From positions 76,608,871-76,647,926 of the forward strand of contig NC_068988.1 of assembly GCF_001194135.2 (NCBI RefSeq): DNA of 39,056 bases. The letters are read 5' to 3'. The notes under the pieces were generated by a model, which saw only the letters and a program-made list of their open reading frames with translations, was not told the origin of the DNA and searched no databases. Both the position numbers and the translations under genes were made by a program. The stretch is from Octopus bimaculoides (taxonomy: Eukaryota). Positions 11,034 through 22,931 of the stretch are shown in pieces. Every line of letters begins with the position of its first letter. Positions within the stretch are counted from its first letter, which is position 1.

Positions 11034-11215
11034 TAAGGCAGCAACCTGGAAGAATCATTAACACATCGGATGTTGTGAGTTCAAATTCTGTCGGGGTCAA
11101 CTTTGCCTCTCATCCTCTTAGAGTCAATAAAATAAGTACCAGTTGAACACTTGGGTCAATGTAAACAGCTTATCCCCTCCACTATAATTGCTGGTCTTGT
11201 GTCAAAATTTTAAAC
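11034..11215 (+). mobile_element. SINE (family B), internally deleted
   Basis: Homologous to 9418-9630, with B box GAGTTCAAATTC and AAAATAAGTACCAG. Confidence 0.8.
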
Positions 11216-11285
11216 TATTATGATTATTATTATTTCCCCGCTCTGTTAGGAAGTACAAGCACTTACATACTCACATACATGCACG

Positions 11286-11437
11286 ACAATAACTTCTGCT
11301 TCAAAAGATTCAATCACAAGGCTTCGGTTGGCCCAAAGCTATAGCAGAAGACACTTGCCTTAGGTGCTATGAAGTAGGACTGAATCCAAAGCCGTATGGC
11401 TAAGAAGCAAGCATCGTAACCACACAGCCATGCCTGT
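11286..11437 (-). mobile_element. tRNA-derived SINE (family C, CORE-like)
   Basis: Revcomp GGCATGGCTGTGTGGTTACG...GGATTCAGTCC...CACCTAAGGCAAGTGTCTTCTGCTATAGC; homologous to 12626, 12803 and 21052. Confidence 0.85.
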
Positions 11438-11439
11438 AT

Positions 11440-12389
<950 letters not shown>

Positions 12390-12394
12390 TTATT

Positions 12395-12560
12395 TTGCTT
12401 CACTCATTGAAATCTGGCCATGCTGAGGCAACGCCTTGAGGGGTTTCATTGAACAAATTGAGCTCCAGTAGTTATTTTAATGTTTGCTACTTGTTCTATT
12501 CGCCTTTTTTTGTAAAACTGATAAGTAAACAAACTAATACTGGTTGTCAAGTAATCAATG
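12395..12560 (-). mobile_element. Diverged SINE (family D)
   Basis: GGCCATGCTGAGGCAACGCCTTGAGGG...TACTGGTTGTCAAG is homologous to 25066 and 38300. Confidence 0.7.
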
Positions 12561-12625
12561 AGGCACCTACCTACAAACACACACACAAACACATACACTC
12601 TCTCACATGTTATTTATAGATATAT

Positions 12626-12787
12626 ACAATGGGCTTCCATGCAGTTTCTGTGCACCAAGTTCACTTACAAGGTGTTGATCAGCTTGAGGCTATAATTAAA
12701 GACACTTGCACCAGATGCTGTGTAAAGGGGCTGAACCCTAAACCACTTAGTTGCAAAGTGATCTCCTTAACCAAACAGTAATACCTA
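12626..12787 (-). mobile_element. SINE (family C), diverged
   Basis: Homologous to 11286-11437. Confidence 0.75.
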
Positions 12788-12802
12788 GTAATTATATACC
12801 TT

Positions 12803-12866
12803 TTTCTATAACCTCAGGCCGACCAAGGCCTTGTGAGTGAGTTCGGTAGATGGAAACTAAAAGCAC
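12803..12866 (+). mobile_element. SINE (family C) 3' fragment
   Basis: CTATAACCTCAGGCCGACCAAGGCCTTGTGAGTGAGTTCGGTAGATGGAAACT. Confidence 0.75.
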
Positions 12867-12906
12867 ATAGTATGTATATATATAAATTTATATATATATA
12901 TATAGA

Positions 12907-13793
12907 GAGAGAGCTCTTACCTCTGCTGGCGACAAAGGGACTCTCACTCAGAGTAAAAGGCAGACTGTATGACGCATGTATACGAACAGCCATGCTACAT
13001 GGCAGTGAAACATGGGCTGTGACTGCTGAGGACATGCGTAAGCTCGCAAGGAATGAAGCCAGTATGCTCCGCTGGATATGTAATGTAAATGTGCATACCC
13101 ATCAGAGTGTAAGTATCTTGAGAGAAAAGCTGAACATAAGAAGCATCAGTTGTGGTGTGCAAGAGAGACGATTGCGCTGGTTTGGACATGTGGTGAGAAT
13201 GAATGAGGATAGCTGCATGAAAAAGTGCCACTCCNNNNNNNNNNNNNNNNNNNNNNNNNNNNNNNNNNNNNNNNNNNNNNNNNNNNNNNNNNNNNNNNNN
13301 NNNNNNNNNNNNNNNNNNNNNNNNNNNNNNNNNNNNNNNNNNNNNNNNNNNNNNNNNNNNNNNNNNNNNNNNNNNNNNNNNNNNNNNNNNNNNNNNNNNN
13401 NNNNNNNNNNNNNNNNNNNNNNNNNNNNNNNNNNNNNNNNNNNNNNNNNNNNNNNNNNNNNNNNNNNNNNNNNNNNNNNNNNNNNNNNNNNNNNNNNNNN
13501 NNNNNNNNNNNNNNNNNNNNNNNNNNNNNNNNNNNNNNNNNNNGCTCTTGTGTGGGTGGCACATAAAAGACACCACTTCGAGCGTGGCCGTTTTCGAGCG
13601 TGGCTGTTTTCGTGCAGGTGACACGTAAAAGCACCCACTACACTCTCTGAGTGGTTGGCGTTAGGAAGGGCATCCAGCTGTAGAAACTCTGCCAAATTAG
13701 ATTGGAGCCTGGTGTTGCCATCCGGTTTCACCAGTCCTCAGTCAAATCTTCCAACCCATGCTAGCATGGAAAGCGGACGTTAAACGATGATGA

Positions 13794-13797
<4 letters not shown>
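12907..13797 (+). mobile_element. 5'-truncated RTE LINE spanning a gap, with intact 3' terminus and (GAT)n tail
   Basis: RELLPLLATKGLSLRVKGRLYDACIRTAMLHGSETW...RRLRWFGHVVRM; ends GGAAAGCGGACGTTAAACGATGATGATGAT. Confidence 0.95.
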
Positions 13798-13829
<32 letters not shown>

Positions 13830-13984
13830 GGTGAGGCATAAAGATTCTGAGCCCACATACCAAAATTTGAACCATGATTATCATTACTACTACTACATTG
13901 TGACACAGTGTAGATGGAAAATGTATCAGAGTTTGAGTCATCTGTAAAGTCACAACAAAGAACAGATGATACTTAACTTTAAAT

Positions 13985-14177
13985 GTGTGCAGTACCTAGC
14001 AAGGCTGATTTTTTATGACACCAATCTTGCATGGTAATTCCTAACCTCCTTTAAGAAGTTTTGATGTTTCAATGGCATTGACCCTTATCACAACTAGTGT
14101 CCCTTTGAATATTTATGTCATTTGGTATGACAACATCAATGATCTGATAGTATTTGTCTTTCTTGTTCAATACAACA
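13985..14177 (-). mobile_element. R4/Dong-like RLE C-terminal fragment
   Basis: Minus translation VVLNKKDKYYQIIDVVIPNDINI...KKSALLGTAHI, matching the PD-(D/E)xK endonuclease region and the typical LLGTA terminus. Confidence 0.65.
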
Positions 14178-15600
14178 TTATTATTATTATTCATATTGAC
14201 TCAGGTTTGTTCTTATTCCTGGTAGAATTTGTGTGAGTAGTGGGTTACTACCTATAGCCTTAGATATTCACAAACTTTCAATAATCTTTCAAGTGCTCAA
14301 AACCTTCTGATACTCTTTTCGTCTCTTTAAGAGGCAAACATTCTGTAGAAGCTCTACAGGACATTCCATTCCAATCTCCTTCAACTATTTGTTTATATTA
14401 TTATTCACAGTTCCTTATGCACCATTTATTACCGGCACAACCTTTACAGTTTTCATACTCCAAATTCTTGCAATTTCAAATTTTACGGGATTGTATTTTT
14501 TAAGTTTTCATCCTCTTTCATCACAATCCTGGAATCAAACAGATATGATAGATCAATTAGTCAGCAACTCCACTTTTCCTTGCCTGTCATTATAATGTTT
14601 GGTTTATTATTTTCTGGCTTCTTATCTATTTGAACAGGAATATCCCATAAAATTTTGCATTTCTCCAACTCAAGCACTTTTTCAGTCTGATGATCTGATG
14701 ATCATACCAAGTACTACTGCTTCAGATACCCATATCTTGGTCATGCCTCCATTTCTTATATTCTCCCGAAGCCAACTTGGAACATTCTGCAACAATGTGT
14801 GCCAATGTTTCATCCCAAATTCCACACACTCTACATTTTGCTGATGTCTTCCTCCCATACACATATTTTTTCATGGTTTTGTTTTAACGCTTTATCTTGA
14901 GCTGCTCTCTGTTTTTTTAATTGCCCTTTTTTTCAACCAAGCCCAAGTTTTTGTTCCACATACATCCTCAGTGGATTTCCAAAACTAACCATGCAAAGGT
15001 ATCTCTTCAATCTGTTTAACATGCTCTCTTTGAATTTGATTCTTGCTCTTTTCTCCTATTCCACACTTGATTGACTGTTCTTTATTTACTGCCTTTAGTA
15101 ATTTCTCTGTATTGTTCCGTAAATATTCTTGTAGGCTTTTTCTTTTCATGTGAACACACTCTTCTCTTCCACTGCAATTAAACCTTTTCCACCCTGGTCT
15201 CTCTTCATGGTGGACTCCATACATTGTCAACAGCTCCCTAGTTTTTCTGTCTGGTTTCTTTTGGTCCAATCTACAATTTCAACAACATATCTGATTACCA
15301 GTACTACTCTTTCATTTTTGCTTCAATAATATTTTTTAAATTCAACTTTGACTAACATTCTTTTCATTCTCCTTGTATACTTCCTATTGTTAATTTGCTT
15401 CATTCCTTCATGTTTTGTTTCATCTGCCCCCAGTATTCCCAAATATCCCACTGTCCTTTCTCAACTGCTGTCATTGTTTGCTCATTTGGTGATCATCCCT
15501 GCCACATTTTTTTCTAAACCTTTGTATGCTATGCCTATGTTCCCTTTTTTCAGTGTATACTGTGTATACTTACTTTCTTCCTTTTTTTCAATCATTTTAT
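14178..15600 (-). mobile_element. R4/Dong-like RLE non-LTR retrotransposon, 5'-truncated, with (AAT)n tail
   Basis: End of RT (YLGILG), then DRKTRELLTM..HH, a CCHC knuckle CRVCGIWDETLAHIVAECSKLA with RHD, and RLE motifs KILWD..QID...KPNI...LID. (ATT)n at ~14178-14192 is the tail. Confidence 0.85.
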
Positions 15601-15621
15601 GTCTGTCTTCATATTGTCCCC

Positions 15622-17570
15622 CTCATCCTTCGACTTTTTCCATGTTAGCATGGGTTGGACGGTTCGACCGGGGTCTGGGAAGCCAGGAGGCTGCACCAGG
15701 CTCCAGTCTGATCTGGCATTGTTTCTACAGCTGGATGCCCTTCCTAACGCCAACCACTATGTGAGTGTAGTGGGTGCTTTTTACGTGTCACTGGCACAGG
15801 GGCCAGAGAGGGCTGGCACTGACCATGTTTGGGAGAGGCACTTCTTCACACAGCTCTCCTCATCCATCCGTAGTACGTGACCATACCAGTGCAAATGTCT
15901 CTCTTCCACACCACATCTGATGCTTCTTATGTCCAACATTTCTCTCAGGGCGCTTACACTCTCTCGAGTGTGCACACTGACATTACACATCCAGTAGTTC
16001 ATGCTAGCTTCATTTCTTTCGAGCCTAAGCATGTCTTCAGTAGTCACGGCCCATGTTTCACTACCATGAAACATTACAGTTCGCACACATGCATTGTACA
16101 ATCTACCTTTCACTCTGAGTGAGAGGCCCTTTGTCACCAGTAGGGGTAGGAGCTTTCTAAACTTTGCCCACGCTATTCTTATTCTAGTGGCAACACTCTC
16201 TGAGCATCCACCTCCACTACAGATTTGGTCACCTAGGTAGCGGAAGCTATCAACTACTTCTAGTTTCTCCCTCTGGCATGTGATGGAATCTGTTTTCTGA
16301 GCATTTGTGGTGTTTATTGCTATCTTCTCGGTTAATCTTCCTTTGATTTTGCTGCACCTCCTTATGTGTCCATGACTTACACTGGGTACAGCTTAGGGAG
16401 TTTCTACCTACACCTTTTCTACAGATCGAGTAGGGCCACCTATCTGAGGGGGTGTGTAATGTGTTCGCCTTCCTACTTATTAGAACTTTGGTCTTTGCTA
16501 CATTAACTCTATGGACTTTTGATTCTAAACTTTGCTTCGACACCTGAAATTTCTTCTCTAGTTCTGGTAGTGCTTCTGCTATAAGGGCCAGGTCATTGGC
16601 ATAGAGGAGCTCCCAAGAGCAACCCATGTTGAATTCTTCTGTTATTGCCTGGAAGACAATGATGAATAAAAGGGGACTGAGGGCTGAACCTTGATGGACC
16701 CCCTACTACTATCAGGAATTCTTCACTATACTCATTGCCAATCCTAACCTTACTAATGGCCTCTCTGTATAGGGCCTGTACAGCCCTTATTAACCATTCG
16801 TCAATCCCCAGTTTCTGCATCACTCACCAGATAAGGGATCGGGAGACCTTGTCAAAGGCTTTCTCCAAGTCCACAAAAGCTAAGTATAGGTTTATCTTTA
16901 GCTAGGTATTTTTCTTGCAGTTGTTGAACCAGGAATATAGCATCGGTGGAGCTTCTACCTAGCACAAAACCGAATCGCATCTCATCTAAGCAGATCCCTA
17001 GTTTTTCTGTCTGGTTTCTTTTGGTCCAATCTCATGAGATGGGCTATGACCTTCTCCATGGGCTATGACCTTCTCCATGACCTTCATCACCTGATCCAGC
17101 AGTTTGATACCCCTGTAGTTATTTCTATCTAGAGCATCACCTTTCCCCTTGTAGCAGTTGACTATGGTGCTGCTACACCAGTCATTGAGTATGACTCCAT
17201 CATGAGCTACTTGGTTTACACTGCGGATGACTAGGCTATAGCCCACACCACCAGATATTTTAAGCATCTCAGCAGTGATTCCTGATGGGCCGGGGGCTTT
17301 TCCTGGCTTCATACCCTTAATTGCTTTAGGCTCTACACCTCCCATTCATTCTCCACATTCAGCAGTATTTCATAATGGCTTCTCCAATCCTCTTTCCGAA
17401 TCATTAAAAGCAAGTGCACCATCATCCATGTGGACACACTTCTCTCTTGTGACATCACAATTTTCTCTCACACACTGTCTTGCAATCCAAAATACCTCAG
17501 TTCTTTGGTCCTCACGTCGCTGGACATTGGCAAACTTCTTCTTTTCTGCTTCGCCCTTGGCTATGTATAT
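15622..17570 (-). mobile_element. RTE LINE (same subfamily as 5163-7228), 5'-truncated and internally deleted
   Basis: KPGKAPGPSGITAEMLK...NNYRGIKLLDQVMK; LYANDL; GSETW; 3' UTR and terminus at 15622-15832. Confidence 0.95.
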
Positions 17571-17571
17571 C

Positions 17572-17992
17572 TGCCACTCTGAGAGTGTAGTGGATGCTTT
17601 TTACATGCCACCGGCACGAATGCCAGTCCGGCGGTAATAGCAACGGCCACGTTCAAATGGTGTTTTTTACATGCCACCTGCACAGGAGTCAGTCCAATGT
17701 TTTGTTCACATGCCACTGGCACAAGTGCCAGTAAAGCGAAGCTGGAAACGATTGCGCTCAAATGGTGCTTTTTATGTGCCACCAGCACGGGAGCGGGACT
17801 GCTGCTCTGGCAGTGATCCCACTTGAATGGTGCTGTTAGTGCTCCACTGGCACAGGTGCCAGTCATCAAATTTGGATCAGTTTCGATCTCACTTGCCCCA
17901 ACAGGTCTTCACAAGCTGAGTTTAGTGTCCAATGAAGGAAGGTTGGCATGGGTGTGAGTCATCGAATTTGGTTCAATTTCGATTTCACTTGC
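17572..17992 (-). mobile_element. RTE 3' UTR fragment containing ~60-65-bp internal repeats
   Basis: Repeated TTTTACATGCCACC/TGGCACA units homologous to 6860-7085; ends at CACTCTGAGAGTGTAGTGG. Confidence 0.8.
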
Positions 17993-17996
<4 letters not shown>

Positions 17997-18023
<27 letters not shown>

Positions 18024-18042
18024 CAAACACACATACATATAT

Positions 18043-18117
<75 letters not shown>

Positions 18118-18215
18118 TACATATATACATACTTGCATGCATACATACATATATTACATACACATATACATGCATGCATATATACATCATACATACATGC
18201 ATACATACATACATG
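17997..18215. repeat. Compound (TA)n/(CA)n/(TACA)n microsatellite
   Basis: Direct reading of the sequence. Confidence 0.9.
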
Positions 18216-18299
18216 ATGCTTGCCTCATCTCATCAGATGATAGCCATCTTACATTCAGCCTGATTGTTCTGATTTATTTTCATCCATGCATGTGTGCAG

Positions 18300-18358
18300 A
18301 TATCCTGCACACTTTGCCATGCATCCATTGGCATGGGATTTTATGAAATACAAAACAG
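18300..18358 (+). CDS. Candidate coding exon (59 bp) of an unidentified host gene
   Basis: Acceptor ...TTATTTTCATCCATGCATGTGTGCAG and donor CAG|GTGAAG in non-repeat sequence; open frame YPAHFAMHPLAWDFMKYKT; phase fits the 32655 exon. Confidence 0.4.
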
Positions 18359-18881
18359 GTGAAGAAATGAAATGATAGTGAGACATATCATTGGATTTAA
18401 GTGGCAAAAGAATCCACAATACTTTTGTGATTCTCTCAGTCATCATAGTAGGTTCCAGTGATAAACATTACAAGATGATTGAGTCTATCTTGACTACATA
18501 CATGCATTCGTACATACACACATGTATTTTTACATACACATATTCATTCATACATACATTCATTCATACACATGTATGGTAAAAGGATATCTATAGTAAC
18601 CTTGGTAGTAATCCGATGCAGAGCTCAAAGTTGGAATTATGAGGTCAAAGAAGCTACTTTCACTTCCATTCATTCCACCTCCAGCAATTTTCAACAGGAC
18701 CTGACACAAACTAATATGCATTTCTCCATTAACCCTTTTTTATATTTCCCTTCCTAACTTTCTGAAGACAAGCTGAAGCTCAAAACATCAAAAATACTTC
18801 CTTTTCTCTCATTGAGTGTCAAATTAACAATTACACTTTGAAAGCATTTTGTCTTATGTCAATTATTTTATTACTATTTTT

Positions 18882-18897
18882 GCACACACACATGCAT

Positions 18898-18951
<54 letters not shown>

Positions 18952-19031
18952 ACACTTGCATGCCCACACATATGCACAAACACACACTCATGCTCGTATA
19001 TATATATATATATACATATGTGTATATGTGT

Positions 19032-19066
<35 letters not shown>
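18882..19066. repeat. (CA)n...(TA)n...(TG)n mirrored microsatellite
   Basis: CA-rich left half and TG-rich right half. Confidence 0.9.
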
Positions 19067-19068
<2 letters not shown>

Positions 19069-19148
19069 ATTGTTAAAGACGAAAACAAACGCTAAGGTAA
19101 GACAAACATCTGAAGTCATATATGTTATTATTATTGGAAAAATTTTAA

Positions 19149-19204
19149 GTCTTGCAGCTGTTTCTGGGATATCCCAAAATATGGGATATTCCACCATCAG
19201 AAAC
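19149..19204 (-). ncRNA. Degenerate minimal hammerhead ribozyme motif (core mutated)
   Basis: Minus strand GTTT-CTGATGG-TGGAATATCCCATATTTTGGGATATCCCA-GAAAC-AGCT-GCA-AGAC. Stem II pairs 11/12. A9 is G and U16.1 is C, so it is probably inactive. Confidence 0.65.
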
Positions 19205-20152
19205 AAATAGGGAAAATGTGAAGGGTATAGGTAAATGAAACGATGACATAGAAGACAGGAGAAAAGGAATAAAGAAATGAAGAAAAAGAAGAAAAAAAGC
19301 TTTAATTTTAAGCAAAACTAGACTAGTATGGTGACCTTGCTTGCTCTGTGGCAGTTATCTCCCTTGTCAATGCACAGACATGTACACACACATTCACATA
19401 CATGCACACAAGCACGCACATACACACACACGCGCACACATACACGCACGCACACGCGCTGGTACATATGTACATAAATCAAAAGGACAAAAATACAAAT
19501 ATCAGACTAATGATAAAGTACAAATAATTAAATCAAACAAAGAGTCATCTGTAATTTATCCTTTGTCAACAGATTTATTTTTAGTTTTAGTTTTATTTTT
19601 GCTATTATTACTACGAATTGTATTAATTCTTCAGTTTTAACTTTATGCCAGATTTGTATAATGTAAAATTATTATACACGGTATTGAATAATAATGGCCA
19701 GCCCTTAATACCTCTATTGTGACTCATCTACAAAAGAATCAATCTTTTCTATCCCTCAATAATTTTTAGCAGAGTTTAAAATAGACCTTTCTAAATTATA
19801 TTTTACTCTCTTGGGCTTTATATTAAGTATATATATTCAATGAGAGAAGCTAAGTTCTTAAGTTTTTACATTAGACAATGATTGACATTACAAATATTAA
19901 CTTAAAAAATTGTAGTAGAGACTGTTTAATATTTGGATGAATTATAAGTTTGCACTATATGTTTATATACTACATTATTACACTGACAATTGTCTTTTAA
20001 TGAGTAATTACTAGTTTTTCTAGAATTACATCAAAACTTATCAGCCTTAATATAACTGATCATGACTATACATGTTATTCTTTAGTTTGGGGGCCTGAAT
20101 AAGTTTGAATTATTAGTTGCATATTTAATATTGGTTCCAAATTTTGGGAAGC

Positions 20153-20305
20153 CCCAGTTCTCTACTGGTACTTATTTTATCAACCTTAAAGGGATGAAAG
20201 GTAAAGTCAACCTCAGCAGAATTTGAACTCAGAAAGTAAAGATGGACGAAATACCACTAAACATTTAGCCCAAAGTGCTAACATTTCTGTCAGCTTGCTG
20301 ACTTA
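20153..20305 (-). mobile_element. SINE (family B)
   Basis: CTGGTACTTATTTTATC...GATGAAAGGTAAAGTCAACCTC...ATTTGAACTCAGAA is the reverse complement of the 9418 family. Confidence 0.85.
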
Positions 20306-20414
20306 CATTACATATTTAATATTGAAAATATGGATTGGTTATTTGACAAGTTATTTAGATTTTGGTTTGTACTTTTATGCTCATTACTATCACATCTCTT
20401 GACTGGGCAGATAT

Positions 20415-20697
20415 GAGAGTACACCACCCAGTGGTTAGGGTGGTGTATTCACAGTTGCAAGATCATGGGTTTGATTCCTGAACCAAGTAGTGCATTGTGT
20501 TCTTGAGCAAAACACTTTATCTCATATTGCTCTGCAATCATTTCAACCTCTGATGTGTGGCATACCATGCACCTGTACAGGCAATGTCAATTTGATGGAA
20601 GGGGTAGATTCATATGATCACTATAAACAAATTATCTGTGCAGATTATTCAACAAAAAATTGCAGAACCATCTTTCTTAGATTGAGAGACTACCACA
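20415..20697 (+). mobile_element. tRNA-derived SINE (family E)
   Basis: A box AGTGGTTAGG, B box GGGTTTGATTCC, TTGTGTTCTTGAGCAAAACACT; homologous to 38037 and 21742. Confidence 0.8.
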
Positions 20698-21051
20698 AAT
20701 GATTTTATATAAATATACTAGCAACAGAGATAAACATTTTATATTCATGTCATTACAACTACCTTTATTATGTAATGGATAAGAACTATAATTAAGAATT
20801 GTTATGAAAGTATAATAAAATTTAATAATTATGTGGTTGTGAGAGTTCATGGATTTTCTTGAAAAAGCTGAAGAAGAAATGATATGGTTTGTCTTACTTT
20901 TTTACTGCTCTCAGCATTCATTTATGTAACATCCTCACTGGTATTGTTATTGCATTGAAGTATTGAAATATTGTGGATTAATATATGATAAACTGAGCTC
21001 TAATATTTGAGAATATTTCATCTATGCAAAAGCACCTATGTAGGATATTGA

Positions 21052-21215
21052 ATAGGCATTGCTGTGCAGTTAAAAAGCTCACTTTGCAACCATGTAGTTT
21101 TGGGTTCAGTCCCACTACACAACACCTCCTTGGGCAAGTGTCTTCTACTATAGCCCCAGGTGACCAATAATTTGTGAATGAATTTGGTTGACAGAAACTA
21201 CGTAGAAACCCATCA
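21052..21215 (+). mobile_element. SINE (family C)
   Basis: GGGTTCAGTCCC B box; CCTTGGGCAAGTGTCTTCTACTATAGCC. Confidence 0.85.
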
Positions 21216-21741
21216 TGTGTGTGTGTGTGTGTGTGTTTACGTGCGCGTGCACATGTGTGTGTGTGTGTGTGTTTACGTGCGCGTGCACATGTGTGTGTGT
21301 GTGTGTGTTTGTGTTTGTTCACACTCCCATTAATGCTGATACTGTTTGAAAAAGTTGAAGATTTAAAAAATATAAATACTGGGGTACATATAATACATAC
21401 ATACATACATACATAAACACATACATACATATAGACATATATATACAGAGATAGATACATGCATACACACATACATACGTGCATGTGTGCATGCATGCAT
21501 TCGTGTGTGTGTGAAAGTAAGATTCACGGATAAAGTCTAGGAAGTTAATGAGCTTCGAGCAATCTGTAGATGATATAAAAAAACAACTTTCAGTGGCTTA
21601 TTGGCACAGAAGGTTGTGAAGTTTTCCTGTATCAAAGTATGATAAGCTGAAAAAAGTAAATTTTATAGTTCACAGTTAGCAACAAGGGTTGTTGTATATG
21701 TGAGTATATGTCGAGAAATTAGGGAATGGAGCAGATGAAAT

Positions 21742-21858
21742 GCACCTGTATTGGCAATGTCAATTTGATGGAGGCAGCGAATTAATACACAAAATTATTA
21801 TTTGATCCCTACAAACAAATCATCTATGCAGGTTGTTCAGTTAGAAATTCCTGAACCT
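21742..21858 (+). mobile_element. SINE (family E) 3' fragment
   Basis: GCACCTGTATTGGCAATGTCAATTTGATGGA matches 20569-20600. Confidence 0.7.
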
Positions 21859-21889
21859 TTATCTGTCATTTAGGATATGTATGTATGTA

Positions 21890-21923
<34 letters not shown>

Positions 21924-21934
21924 TATATATATGC

Positions 21935-22380
21935 CATCATGGATGCTGAAATCTTGAAGTGAGTAAGGGTAGGATTGAATGTGTTTAATTCAATAAAGGA
22001 TGCGCTCACAGCAAATCTGGACAAGACCATACATGCCAGACTCTTCAATAGCTCTATTCTACCTCTGAAAGGTTGGGACATAAGGGAAGAAAATTGATGG
22101 AAAAGACCATAGAAAGATTCCTGCCAGGAAGAGCATTGTAAGAGCATATCCAAAATGAAATGATTTGAGGACAGCATGAAGTGAACAACGCGATTGCAGA
22201 ATTTCAAAAGCATTACTGGACCTAACATGTCACAGGGTTCAAAGACAACCAGTAGATCTGTACAGTTGCTGAGTTGTATCCAAAATATTAAAAAACACCA
22301 CTCAGAAGAGAGCTGTGCCATAATGATGGAAGATGGTTTAATTAAATGATTTGGGTCAAGATGGAAAACAAATGTCACAG
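21935..22380 (+). mobile_element. Old RTE-1-like LINE C-terminal fragment
   Basis: MDAEILK*VRVGLNVFNSIKDAL..NLDKTIHARLFNSSILP, followed by degenerate W..HV.....N.W motifs. Confidence 0.6.
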
Positions 22381-22931
22381 TCAAGAAGGAGTCCAGTAGT
22401 AGTACTCTGGTTTAAGAGTTCCAGGGTTGTGAGGAGTGCAGAACCACCTGTTACCTACTATTGTTCCCAGGTTTACTCTGACTCAGAGTAGTAGCACCAG
22501 TCAGGATCCCAGTTATTGGTTAAGTAGCATGTGTGATAATATCTGAGGGTAGGGATGCAGAAATGCTCTTGAATGGTGTTAGAGTGCACAGTAAAACCAC
22601 TGGGAGTGATGAACTCTTAGCTGTTGTTACTGAATCTTTCTAGAAGAAAGACTCTGATGTCAAACCTGATCTTTCATGTAATTACTGGTCACTTTGCTTC
22701 AGCCTGTCAATAGGTACTTAATTATAGAGCCTCAGAGAGTGGTAGTCTTGTTGTACAAGCATTTACCACTGTAATAAAATGACAACTAGATATTTCTTTA
22801 TGGTGACCTCATTTGTCATTACATCTACTGGAATTATTAAGTCAATGGAAGAGTGGCAACATGAGCTGACCTAACCAGCTGGAAGCACACGGTGGTGACA
22901 ACAGTGTTTTATCACGTGTCCAATAATTTAT

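Noticed and set aside
13826-13850. Tc1-like terminal repeat TACAGGGTGAGGCATAAA
   Set aside because: No matching opposite terminus or transposase sequence was found in the window.
18590-18700. Possible minus-strand exon (VLLKIAGGGMNGSESSFF...)
   Set aside because: The donor is weak, no partner exons were identified and the peptide has no recognisable motif.
21217-21310. Tandem duplication of (TG)n-TTTACGTGCGCGTGCACA
   Set aside because: Ordinary slippage within a microsatellite.
22644-22713. Possible plus-strand exon (TTTCTAG|...TAG|GTACTT)
   Set aside because: It appears to lie in old repeat-like sequence, and its open phase does not fit the chain of candidate exons.
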